Assembly (NCBI RefSeq): GCF_006345805.1
Contig: NC_043021.1
Coordinates: 2,294,001-2,358,000 of the forward strand
Source: Octopus sinensis
Lineage: Eukaryota
DNA: 64,000 bases
Direction of reading: 5' to 3'
Part shown: positions 42,801 through 55,990 of the stretch, one piece after another
How the letters are laid out: the number at the start of each line of letters is the position of its first letter
Position numbering within the stretch: position 1 is the first letter of the stretch
Position numbers and translations under genes: made by a program
The notes under the pieces: generated by a model
Databases searched by the model: none
What the model saw: the letters and a program-made list of their open reading frames with translations, nothing else
Told to the model about the DNA's origin: nothing

Positions 42801-42870
42801 CAGTCAATCTCTGGAGTGGTTGTCATAGAGGTGGCATAATCCAATAGTCCTCTTCTCGGCCCCCATCCCT

Positions 42871-43249
42871 CCAAGCGGGTGGTACTGATCCTGTCTCTCA
42901 TCCATCTACCCTCTTCTCGCTCCCCCCCCCCAAGCGGGTGGTACTGATCCTGTCTCTCATCCATCTACCCTCTTCTTGCTCCCCCCCCCAGCGGGTGGTA
43001 CTGATCCAGTCTCTCATCCATCTACCCTCTTCTTGCTCCCCCCCCAAGCGGGTGGTACTGATCCAGTCTCATCCATCTACCCTCTTCTTGCTCCCCCCCC
43101 AAGCGGGTGGTACTGATCCAGTCTCTCATCCATCTACCCTCTTCTTGCTCCCCCCCCAAGCGGGTGGTACTGATCCAGTCTCTCATCTATCTACCCTCTT
43201 CTCCCCCCCCCAGCGGGTGGTACTGATCCAGTCTCTCATCCATCTACCC
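42871..43249. repeat. About 57-bp minisatellite x7
   Basis: GCGGGTGGTACTGATCC starts at 42875, 42934, 42991, 43048, 43103, 43160 and 43213; length variation is mainly in the C run. Confidence 0.95.
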
Positions 43250-44368
43250 GACTTCCATTTCCTTCTTGATTTCAAATTTTTTTTTTTTCCATTTTGAAAG
43301 GAAGCCAGCATTCTTACATGTGCTGCCTCTGCCGCCTTCGCTGCTAAATGCCCCTCCCCCTTTCTCTCTCTCTCTCTCTCTTTCCAACTTTGGCAGGGCA
43401 TGAATGTCACAACTTTCCACAGAAATTTATAGGGCTTTGCGTCACCTAGTCAGAAAAAAAAAAAATAAATAAAAAATTAAAATAACTAGGGGCCTGAATC
43501 AGGATGGGAACTTGGGGTGGGCCATGAGGTGGTAACCAAAAAAATGGTGCAGCCAGACTAACTGTTGTAAAGCATTCTTCAATTTCTTTTCTTCATTGTC
43601 TCCTCCTCCTTCTTCTTCAATTCTTAAAACCCATTCCTTTCCCTTGAAGGGGTAGGTGAGAATATGGATGTAATTTAAGTTTACCTTTCAACGCTCCAAG
43701 GTTAACGAGGCAGTGGGTGGGTAGAAGGGTTAATGAAATAAAAATTGCAATTGGCACATTAATACAATGCTGATGGGTCAGTCAAAGAGATGGTCTCTCC
43801 ACTTCCTCCCCAAATCCACCTCACACACACACACACACACACACTTTCTTTGACACTCAAAAAATATAATTTTAAAAAGTTGGCTTTGTGTATTAAAAGG
43901 AAATTGAGAATTATTATTAAAAAAGAAAAGATTGCAATATTTAGTTCTAATCAACTTTTTTATACTCTCAGTTCAGATCCCACCGAAATAAGTTTTGCCT
44001 TTCCTCCATCTGGTGGTGGGTCAGTTTATTCAACAAATCTGCTTGTCCCTCCCCTATTCCCCCCCCCCCCACCTCCAAAAAAGAATTAGGCCTGTGTATG
44101 AAAACTATTACACTGTGTAATACAAGTTTTGTCTTTGGGCAGCAACAGTCATTTTCTATTTGCTGATTCCTAGGAAGGATAAAAAAAATGGCTAATATTT
44201 CGTTCAAACTTTGCTTTTGTTACATTCATTCAAACCGCAAAGAATCCCTCTCCTCCACACCTGGCTATGATGCTCTCCGACTACTTCTGCTCGTGATCAG
44301 AGATGCACATATTGCCAGCCACCAAGGGACATGCTCAAATGGTTAAGGCCAAGCAATTCTGTGGTATT

Positions 44369-44728
44369 GAGCAGAATATTTGCTATAACGATATTTCTGC
44401 TTCAGCAACTCGGCATTGAATCTATCTGAAATGTAATGGGAAATAGGTCGGTTTCAAAATATTGATGTCCAGGTCTTAGAAGCAAAGTTTGAAAGGACCA
44501 GCAGCAAATAGGAAATAACTTTTATTGACCAAAGACAAACAAATCTGTGCTAACGAGCAGAATATTTGATATGACGTATCTTAGTGCTGAATCTGTCTGA
44601 AATGTAATGGGGGGGGGGAATAGACAAGTTTCAAAACATTGATGTCCAAATCCCAAAATAAAGTTTGACGGGAATAGCAGTCATTTCCTTTGATAGAATA
44701 GGAAATAACACTTACTGACCAAAGACAG
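44369..44728. repeat. Degenerate tandem duplication, period about 186 bp
   Basis: GAGCAGAATATTTG at 44369 and 44555; shared tctgaaatgtaatggg, ttgatgtcca and tgaccaaagaca. Confidence 0.8.
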
Positions 44729-47700
44729 AAAAAAAAAAGGGTTTGTTACACAGTGGAATTATTAAGGCTGTGAGCTGAGGGAATCCTTACTGTTTTCCAG
44801 GCAAAATTTCTTCCAGCATTTTTTTTTACATTCTGAGTTCACGTTAACAAAATCAACTTTGTCCTTCGTTGTTTTGGGGATTAATAACATAAGTGCCGGT
44901 CAAACACCGGGGTTAATTAGTTTGACCAGCTACCTTCCCCTAAAATTACTGGCCTTGTACCAAAATTTGAGACCATTATTATAAGGTGGCAAGTTGGCCG
45001 AATCCTTAGCAACTCAGAAAAGTGCTCAGCGGCGCCACCAAGGTCGATGAATAAGTACCAGTTGATAATCAACTAGCCTTGTTCCTGTTATAGAAAAATT
45101 GGAGAGGGGGCCAGTTAATTAGATCAACCCTAGTATGCAACTGGTACTTAATTTATCGACCCCTAAAGGATGAAAGACAAAGTCAACCTCGGCAGAATTT
45201 GAACTCAGAACGTAAAGACAGACGAAATACCGCCAAGTATTTCGCCCGGCATGCTAATGTTTTTGCCAGCCCACCCACCTTATTAAGGTAGCAAAAGACG
45301 GCAGAATCGTTAGCACACTGGACGGAACGCTCAGTGGTATTTCGCCAGTCGCTACATTCTGGGGCCAACGTTGCCTTTCCTCCTTTTGGGGTCAGTAAAT
45401 TAAGTACCAGTGAAACACTGGGGTTGATATAATCGACTAGTTGGCCCTGCCACAAATTTGAGGCCCTGTGCCTCCAGTAGAAGGGATTATTCAGGTTGAA
45501 TCATTAGCAACTTGAACATCTGAGTTCAAATTCTGCCATAGATGACTTCCATCCTTTTGGGGTCAATATAATCAACTAACCCCGTCCCCTAAAATTTCAG
45601 GCTTTGTGCCTACAGTAGAAAGGATTGTTGTTGTTGACATCCATCAGATTAAAATTCTACTCCTAAGTTATTTTTTTTATTTTTTCATCCCTTCGTCCCA
45701 CACACATTTAGGGCCTCCTACCTCTGATCTGATAGAAGCTGTGGCGGTTGTTGTTAGGGGCCTGGATTAAGAGAATCATTAGTGTGTTGGACAAAAAGGC
45801 CTTACATTTGCAGATTTTTAACTTTCAGGCCTGGGTTCAAATCCTGCCAAGGACAGCAACCGTCTTTCATTCAGCCCAAAGAGATGATGACGATAGTGGT
45901 GGAGGGTGGGGCTCAATAAAATGGAGTACCAGTCAAGTATTGAGGTCAATGTAATTAACCTTTCTCCTCCTATCCTCCCTCCTGTACCCCCCCCCCAAGT
46001 TTTCTGGTCTTGTGACCCCCTGTTAAAATTTAATTGTTGTTGTTAGCATCCCTTATCTTCTGCTGCCAACGCTATCCAACCTTGTCTTAACAAGGGACTA
46101 GTTCCTTGCCTTCGGTAAGACCCACATACCCCCACCACTCTCTCTCCTCTCCCCCCCTCTCTCACACACACACACACATACATGTGCGTCTCTGTTGCCC
46201 AGCCTTTAACTAACCTCATCATCACTTCCTACCATGCCCACCCCTTAACAAGAAAAAACGAGCAATCTATTTTCATTGTTTATATTTTTTTCCTCATTGC
46301 TGTTTTTGTTGTTGTTGTTGCTGTTACTATTACTATTATTATTACAATTTATTGTGGATCTTAATTTCAATATTACCAGATTTTAAAAAAAATTTTGTTG
46401 TTTCTCCCATTTGTTTTTATTTCTTTTTACTCTTTATTTATTTACATTTTTGTATGCCCCCCACCCACCACCCCCATCATCATATGCAACTCCTCAACTT
46501 CCATCTACAGGTTCCTCCTTGCTTACACACACACACACACACACACACTAACATGCATACACACTCACTCACACACACATATGTATGTATACACACATCA
46601 TCAAGATAGCCCCCTAACTGAACGTTTGGATATGCTAGAAAGTACAGCCAAACCTCTCCTCCAAATCTCACCCCCCCCTCCCTCACAATGGGTTACACAA
46701 GAAAGGGTGCATAATTCTGCCTATGCTATGTCTGTAAATCAAACAAAGAAAAATGTAGCGCTGGCCATGGTTGGGAATGTCTTTGATCATTATGTCCACT
46801 GGATCACGACTGAAATGGGGCTAATCTACTACTACTACTACTATAGAATAGTGCTTGGAAAAGGAGAAATAGAGTTTACTGGGTTTAGAATAAGTGCAAG
46901 GATTGAGTGTGGTGCTAATGTTTGAAGGCAACCTGGTTGGCGGTGGTGGTGCCGATGGTTGAGGGATTGGAGTGTGGCACGTTTGTGGCACGTTTGTGGG
47001 ACTTGGAACATTCGGAAGGTTGCTGCGTTGAGAACACCGTGGCAGACTGAGGAACCCGTGTATGTGTGTGTGTTGGTAAATGGAGACCGGGAAGCATAGG
47101 GCCTGGACAGATCCTTTGGAAAAAAATTACAGGGGTCGAGCCAAACAATCAGCTTTCACTCAGCTGTTACTTCCCCTCCCCTCCTCCCGACTGACGGACG
47201 GACAGATGGACCCATAACCAACACACGCGCACATACACCCCGCCCCACTGCTTTTTAGAGAGACATCAACATGAAACCAGAAGCTTGCGTGTGTGTGTGC
47301 GCATGTGTATATAAATGTGTGCGTATAGGATTTTTTTTTTTATGTGTATTTACAAACTGCTCAGTAAACATTTGTTGGAATGTGTGTAGAATCAAAAAAA
47401 ACCTGTTGTACAGATGTCTGCATATATATATAATGTATGTATGTATATATAATATATGTATATATAATGTATGTATGTATAATATATATATATGTATATA
47501 TATGAATCTTTTTACTAAAAGAAACTTTTTATAGTATTTTGTTTCCCCCTTCCCCCATTCCCCAAGTTGGTCTTCCCTTTCTCTCTCTCTCTCCCTAAAC
47601 ATGCTTGCCTTGTTTTAATTTCCTTTTTTTTTTTTTTTTTTTTTTGTAATTATAAATTTAATATCTGAAATGTTTGACTTTGTAAGAGTCCTTCCACCAC

Positions 47701-48945
47701 CAGTTTTGTTTGGGTGGGATCACACACACAGAAATGGAGAGACACTCATACATATAAACTCAGTGGCTCCCGTCTACGAGCCACAGGAGTATGGTGTGGA
47801 CTATGTGTGGGTTGCTCTACTTGCTAGAAACAGCAACCAAATTCCCTTCAAATCATGCCCAACCTAGCACTTTAAAGATGGAACATGCTGCATAATGTTT
47901 TAGCTCTAGATCTATTAGAATCCCAGGGTGGGGAAAATGGGATGGTCATGACTGGAAGCACCTTTACATTATAGCTTTCTGCTTTACTTGACTCATGGAG
48001 TATTGAACAACTTCAATACAAAAAAAAACCCAAGGAGGGGGAACTCTGTCTCCTTTTGGGGAAATAAAAGCCCCATTGTTAGAATCAGTAGAGCACCAGA
48101 GAAAATGACTTGGTGCCTTCTGTTATGTCCCTCTGCTGTCTGAGTTCAAATCCTGCCAAGGTCTACTTAACTTGTCATCCTAATTGGGGTCAATTAGATA
48201 AAGCACCTCATAAGAGTTGGACCGACTGACCCCTTTCTCTCTCTCTCTCCCAAATCTATGATCCTTGGGGTTATGTTAGAAGTGGTTATTATTTAAAAAC
48301 CCTAGCTGAGTATGATGGAAGTGAGCAAAGCACTAGCCTTTAAATGGTAGGGGTCAATTGATGACACATTTGTACAATGCAGGAATCTCAAATGAATTTA
48401 TGCTCATGCCAGATGCAAAGAAAAACGATTATTTTAATAGCAGCCCTTAATTATGGTGCAACAGACTAACAATTATTATAGTTTTTGTTCATCGTTTAAC
48501 ATCCGCTTTCCATGCTAGCATGGGTTGGAGAAAGTGAAAATAAGTATAAAAAAAATTTCCCTTAAGAAGAGGACTTTTTTTTTTTGTTTGTCTTTTGCCC
48601 ATTTGGCCCATGCGTTCATGGAATGCTTTCCTGCTGCCATTTAAGGATTAATGTGGGGTCCACTCAACTGTGTAGTGTTTACTTTCAGCATTTTCTGTTC
48701 AAATAGTGCTAGATGCATCTTTTACCGTTTGTGTTTTCGGAGGCGTGGGGCAGTATTAGTAACTGGATGTCAGTTTAGCTGTTGACCTTTTAAGCCCTTA
48801 ACAGAAAAAGAGATAAAAAAAAGAAAATTGGTTATTGCTTATTTCTAGAATGATATCATGGTAGAGTAGGTGTGTGCGGTTGGATGTGGCCAGGTTGACT
48901 ATAAAACAGGTTGAATGTTAGAGCAGCCAGATGGGACTGGTTTAA

Positions 48946-49165
48946 CCCTTTAGTGTTTAAACCGGCCCTATCCGGCCAAAATATTCTACCTATTTTATGT
49001 TCAAACCAGTCAGATGTGGTCATTCATAGCTATCTTATTGTGTCATTTTAAAAATAAACAATCACATCATTGAAATCTCAAAGCCATGAAATGATGCAAG
49101 ATTAATTTTACATGGTATGAATACATAAGCTTTACATTTGACAGAATAATCTGAATGCTAAAGGG
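48946..49165. mobile_element. piggyBac-like MITE family A between 155-bp direct repeats
   Basis: TTAA|CCCTTTAG..CTAAAGGG|TTAA; flanks 48790-48945 and 49166-49319 are direct repeats. Confidence 0.88.
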
Positions 49166-50220
49166 TTAAGCCCTTACAGAAAAAGATAAAAAAAAGAAAA
49201 TTGGTTATTGCTTCTTTCTAGAATGATATCCTGGTAGAGTAGCTGTGTGCGGTTGGGTGTGGCCAGTTTGACCATGAAACAGGTTGAATATTGGATGTGG
49301 CCAGATGGGGCTGGTTTAAATAGTAAAGGGTCAGATCTTGTTTAGCTTATCAAATTAAATTAAAATAGATTAAAAGCGGAAAAGGAACAGTTCGTGTCAT
49401 AGACTTGTTAAAAAACAAATCTTTGGCACCGGGTCACTCGAGACCACCACTCCTGCTTACACGATATGATCTTCATACTAATTTATGAATTTGTGTCCCA
49501 GATACTAGCTTAATTAAGGCAAGGTTATTTTAAGTTCTTTGTTGTTTACAGAATTAATTGAAATGAAAGATAGAGTATTACAACGGAAATATTCTAAGTA
49601 AAGGGTTAATCAGGCAATCCCGTTCTGACCCCGTGCTGGACAATCACAATTTCAAACTCCTGAAGCTTATTAATTTGTCAAAGACTGGAGGACACTACGA
49701 GCAAGATTGAACAGTAAAAGAGGAAACCCCAGTTCAATACTGACGAACAACCGTCAACTTTTAATTTCCTCCCAATACTCTCCACTCTGTGTCTCTGCAT
49801 TGAAAGGGCGGCAATTCAAAGTTGTCTCCCTTGTGATCTATATTTTAGCAGTGATCTATGCTTTAGCTTCCTGTTTACCCAATGCAGAGGGAGAGTCTAG
49901 GATAATTTAGTTGCACGAATTCGTAGTTTTTTATTATTATTATTATTATTACTATTTAAGGCGGTGAGCTGGCAGAATCGTTAGCACGCCTGGCGAAATG
50001 CTTAGCGGTATTTCGTCTGCCACTACGTTCTGAGTTCAAATTCCGCCAAGGTCAACTCTGCCTTTCATCCTTTCGGGGTCGATAAATTAACTAGTCCTTT
50101 CCATTATTATTATTTTGCTTCACCATAATGCAGTCTTAATTAATGAAAATTAAGTGGATCATATTTATGTTAATAATGTTTATTTAGCTATTACTTAAGT
50201 CTCATTTTTTTTTCCGTTTT

Positions 50221-50239
50221 TAATGCCACCTGGCGGCCT
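50221..50239 (-). promoter_or_regulatory. Predicted CTCF site
   Basis: Minus strand AGGCCGCCAGGTGGCATTA closely fits the core CCASYAGRKGGCR; lies in non-repeat sequence. Confidence 0.5.
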
Positions 50240-50362
50240 CCTTTCCTTTCATACATTCCCACATTACTCCCTTCCCCCTGTTTTAAGTTGATTCCCAAAT
50301 ATTGGAGGCTATTTTTTTTTTATATACAAATTAGAAACAATCTGGTTGCTCTCAGAGTTTCT

Positions 50363-50393
<31 letters not shown>

Positions 50394-53300
50394 TCCTAGT
50401 GTACCCTTATCAGACGGGTAGTCATGATGGCTATATTGGGCTTTGTATATTTGTACCCCAGTGTCACTTTGATGGCATGTCCTGCTCTCTCACTCAATAA
50501 TAATAATTTTCTGGTTCTGGCTCACAAGTCCCAGCAATTTTAAGAGGTTGGGGTAAATCAATTACAGGAAAGAAAAACTCCTACCAAATACTATAGACTG
50601 GTACTTTATTTTTATCAACCCCAAAGTAATGAAAGGCAAGGTTAACTCTTGTGGCATTTGAACTCAGAAAACAAACAACTGGAAGAAGCGTTTTATCTGA
50701 CTTTCTAACGATTCAGCCCCGTCACCACCTTAAATAGATAGCAGCATTTTGTCCATCTTTACATTCTGAGTTCAAATCCCACCAAGGTTGACCTTCACCT
50801 TTCATCCCTTTCAGGGTTGAGGAAATGAAGACCAACTGAACACCGGGGTCGATGTAATTGACCAGCTCCTGCTCCAACACTTCAAGCCATGTCCCTATAC
50901 TAGAAAGGATTATTATTTCTATTAAAGGTGAAAAGCTGTCAGAATCGTTAGCATGCTGGGCAAAATGACTAACAGTATTCTGTCTGTCTTCACGTTCTGA
51001 GTTCAAATGCCACTGTGGTCGACTTTGCCTTTTATCCTTTCGGAGGAGAGGGAGGGGGCGATAAATTAAGTACCAGTGAAATACTGGTGTCAATGTAATT
51101 AACTAGTCCCTTTCCCCAAAATATCAGGCCTTGTACCTTTAGTAGAAAAGATTATTATAGGTGGTGACCTGGCAGAATCGTTAGCATGCTGGACCTGTCC
51201 TTACATTCTGAGTTCAAATTCTGCCAAGGTTGACTTTGCCTTTCATCTCTTTGGGGGTCAATGAATCAAGTACTACTGAAACACTGGGGTCAATGCAATC
51301 AACTCGTCCCCCTCCCCCCAAAATGGCTGCCCTTGTGGCAAAATTTGAAACCATTATTATTATTAAGAATCTGGCTGACTGATGATTTGTGAGGAATAAT
51401 TATATTGAGTAAAACAACTTTGTTGGTTTCTGCCCTGTCAATTGCTCCACCCCTGTTCAGCCTGTCAATCCGAGACCCTGCTGCTCACTTAAGGGCTGAT
51501 AACTCAGCATAAGCAGGGTGGGGGTAATATCATCGAAAAGAAATAAGTTTCGGAAGTCCCTGGGGAGTTGGTGTTTGGTAGGGTAGGGTGGGGTGGGGTG
51601 GAGGGTAAAGTAAAAGAGAACGTGAAGGAGTGGGAGTTTTCTTTCTTTCTATCTGTTCCACATCTCTCTCTTTCATCAATCATCTCCTTCCCTCGGTGTC
51701 TCTTTCTCTCCCCTCCCTCTCTGTTTTTACTGTTATAAATACACCCCCGCCCCCCCATGGGAGGGAGAAGTCCACAATGACTTATTATTATTATTAAAGT
51801 GGTGAGCTGGCAGGAAGTGTTGGCCCACCAGGCAAAACGCTTAGCAGCATCTCGTTTGACTTTGTTCTGAGTTCAAATTCTGCCACGGTCGACTTCACCT
51901 TTCAGAGTCGATAAAATAAGTACCAGTTAAGCACTGGGGTCAATGTAATTGACCATATCCCCCCCCCCTCCATACCACCCCCATCCATGGCCTTGTGTCA
52001 AAGTTTGAAACCATTATTATTATTATTATTATTATTTCTACTGTACACATATTCCAGTTATCAAATACTGAATAAAAGGATATTTTTTGAAAGAAAATTT
52101 TTTTAGTTATTTTAAACTTCATTATTATTAATTATTATTATTATTATTATTATTATTACTAATGTGGTGAGCTGGCAGAATTGTTAGCATGCCAGACAAA
52201 ATGCTTGCCAGTATTTCGTCTGCCGCTACGTTCTGAGTTCAAATTCCGCCAGGGTCGACTTTGCCTTTCATCCTTTTGGGGTCAATTAAGTACCAGTTAT
52301 GCACTGGGGTCGATGTAATCGACTAGTCCCTCTCCCCCAATTTTCAGGCCTTGTGCCTATAGCAGAAAGGATTATTATTATTATTATTTGCTGGTGGGCA
52401 AAATGCATAGCATTTCATCTGTCTTTATGATCCGAGTTCAAATCCTGCTAAGGTCGACTTTGCTTTTCATCTTTTCGGGGTCGATAAATTAAGTACCAGT
52501 TGCATACTGGGGTCGATCTAATCGACTGCCCCCTCCCCTCTCCTCTTGTGCCTAGAATAGAAAAGATAGTTATTAGTACTTGTGTTTAATATTTTAGTTC
52601 TGCTAGAGTTTAAATTACTTTTAAAGTTTGTATTTGTAGGTTTTTTTTTTGGGGGGGGGGGGTTCTGGGTCATTTTGGTTTGTTTCAAATGAGTGACTTG
52701 GGGAGGGGGGTAGTAAGATACACAAAAAGATATTGTCAAACACACACACACACAGGGAGACTTTTTTAATCAAAAAAATTTTAAATAGAAGCAAAAAGTT
52801 TGGAGGGGTGGGAAGGGAGAATATGACAAAAACTGAAAATTTACATAAATAAATAAATAAAAAAAAAGAAATGTAAACAAAAAGACCAAGACAGGATGGT
52901 CCAGGACGGAAATCAGGAACGGCCTTTTTTTTTTATTTGTAGTATACAATTTTTGGCTTGATCAAATCTAAGCTGGGGTGGGATTAAATAAACATACAGA
53001 TGGGGTGGTCATGGCTGGCAATTGCAGAACAATCCTTTGATCTTTGATTTTTTTCCTGGATGAAGTGGGGATGGAGGCAGTGGATCACATGGGTGGTGGT
53101 GAGTGCCTGAGTTGGGGAAGGGGTGGTGTGAAGTGGTGAGTGCCCTGGGGTTGGGGTCGGGTGGGACAGGTTTAAACAGCAGCAGCAACAACAACATTAC
53201 ATGCTACAAACAAAAAATTGTTACCAAGTGCCCCCCCCCCACTCACCTTTCCCCCCCCCCCCCTAGCAAAGAAACAAACCAACCAAAAGAAAAAAAAATC

Positions 53301-54540
53301 TCTTTACTTGTTTCAGTCATTGGACAGTGGCCATGCTGGGGCCACCACCTTGGTACCGGGGGGGGGGGGGGATGAATTAAAAAAAATTTTTTCTAAAGAA
53401 AAACGTAAAAGAAAACTTACTAAAACAAAAAAAATATCTTGTTTCCCACCCACCCCTGCTTCAACCCCACCCACCCACCCATCCTATTTTCCTCAGACAA
53501 TGACTTTTCTTAAAGACTAAACTAAATTGCTCAGGGTCAATGTTTTTTTTTTTCTCGGTGTTGTATTTTTTTTTTTTGGATATTTATTTTTACCATTTTT
53601 TTTTTCTGTAGAGAACTTTTTAAAAAACCAAACCAAACCAAATCAAACTTTTAGAAACTCCGACAAATAAAATAAAAGAAAAAAAAAGAAAAGAAGAAAA
53701 AACTCCAAAATAATCCAAATTCCTACATCCAAAAAAAAAAAAAAAGAAAAACAAACAACAAACGAAACGAAAAACAAAACAAATCCAACAAAAAATCTAC
53801 AAAATATATAAATATATAAAAATGTATAAAAAATGAAAGAATTACATTTTTTTTTTTTACTTTTGAGTAAAAGAGAAAGTAAGGAAGAAAAAGAAGCGAG
53901 AGTCCCTACTCTCTCAGTCCTTTGCAATAATGTAGCCAAGCCCATAGCCAACGGTTTTTTTTTTTTTTTTCTCTCTATAAATAATGGATGGCTGGAATTT
54001 GGGCTGCAAGTCTCATAATCCTGCCTTTTTAGACTTTGTAGGTTCCATCATACCAGCGACTTCTTGTTTTCCACCCGAGCCTGCCCACCCCCCCTTTTTT
54101 TTTTTTTTAACTTCTTCAAATATTTTTTTAACCCCTCCCTCCCCTACACACACATTTACGTCTCGTCTTGTCCAACATTATTATTATCATTATCATCATT
54201 ATTAATATTATTATTATTATAATTATTATTATTATTGTTGTTGCATCTCTACATATGTATATATTTGACATTCATGGCTCTAGCTCTGTACATAAGTCAA
54301 TGAATGTAGTATGTGTGTGTGTGTGAGTCTGCATGTGTGTGAGTGTGTGATTCCGCATGTGCGTGTGCATGTGTGGGAGAGAGGGGGAGAGACAAGCAGT
54401 ATGCATCTCTGTCTCTCTCTCACTCTCTCAATCTATACATACATACATATATATATATACACATATATATATACTTACATACACACACATATACACAAAT
54501 ATACATACACAAATACACATATACATATACACAAATACAC

Positions 54541-54573
<33 letters not shown>

Positions 54574-55189
54574 TTAATGTATATAACTTTGTGTGTGTAC
54601 ATATGTATAATATATGCGTCTAACTATGTATGCATATATATATATGAGTGTTTATGTAATGGTATATAATTCATATGAATGTGTATATGTGTATATACTT
54701 GTAACTATGTATGTATATATGTAACTATACATGTGTATATGTTTATATGTGTATATATATGTATATACATCTGTGTATATATATATATATATTGCATATA
54801 TATATATATATAAATACACACACACACAGTATGTTTAGAAATCTATTTTTCTATTGAATTTTTTAATTACATTTGTGAAATAAAAACATTTTTACAGACA
54901 CACACGTGTGTGTGCGTGCTTGGTTGACGGAAGCTGAAAGAAGCCCGTCGTATATATATATATGTAATGTATTGTGTGTGTGTCTTTGTGTCTCTGTTTG
55001 TCCCCACCGCCACCACTTGACAACCGGTGTTGGTTTGTTTATGTCCCCGTGACTTAGCGGTTCGGCAAAAAGAGACCGATAGAATAAGTACCAGGCTTTA
55101 AAAAAAAACAAGAAAAAAGACAATAAGTACTGGGGTCGATTCATTCGGCTTAAAACTCTTCAAAGCAGTGCCCCAGCATGGCCGCAGTC

Positions 55190-55990
55190 TAATGACAAAC
55201 AAATAAGATACATACACATTCATACATACCTGTGTTTATATATACATATACACACATATATATATATACATATATACACATATATATATATACATATATA
55301 CACATATATATATATGTATACATATACACATATATATATATATGTATACATATACACACATATATATATATATACATGTATACATATACACACTATATAT
55401 ATATATACATATAATGTATACATATACACACAATATATATATATACATATATAGTATACATATACACACATATATATATATATATATATACGTATACATA
55501 TACACATATTATTTATATATATATACGTATACATATACACATATATATTTATATATATATACGTATACTATACACATATATATTTAATATATTACGTATA
55601 CATATACACATATATATTTATATATATATACGTATACATATACACATATATATTTATATATATATACGTATACATATACACATATATATTTATATATATA
55701 TACGTATACATATACACATATATTTATATATATATATACGTATACATATACACATATATATTTATATATATATATACGTATACATATACACATATATATA
55801 TACATATATACGTATACATATACACATATATATATACATATATATGTATACATATACACATATATATATACATATATATGTATACATATACACATATATA
55901 TATACATATATATGTATACATATACACATATATATATACATATATATGTATACATATACACATATATTTATATACATATATATATATACG
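55190..55990. repeat. Compound (TA)/(CA) satellite with about 30-32-bp higher-order units
   Basis: Repeated TATATATATACGTATACATATACACATATATATT, shifting to a ..TGTATACATATACAC.. variant at the 3' end. Confidence 0.9.

Larger units (their letters stand above)
40540..52560 (+). mobile_element. Dense cluster of (ATT)n-tailed SINE family 3 (about 23 copies)
   Basis: aaggcggtgagctggcagaatcgttagc..ttctgagttcaaattccgcc.aggtcgactttgcctttcatcc..agaaaggattatt repeated, e.g. 41538, 42228, 49958, 50922, 51795, 52160. Confidence 0.9.

Noticed and set aside
42871-43249. CRISPR-like regular array
   Set aside because: No unique spacers (whole units are repeated), eukaryotic context and no cas genes; it is a minisatellite.
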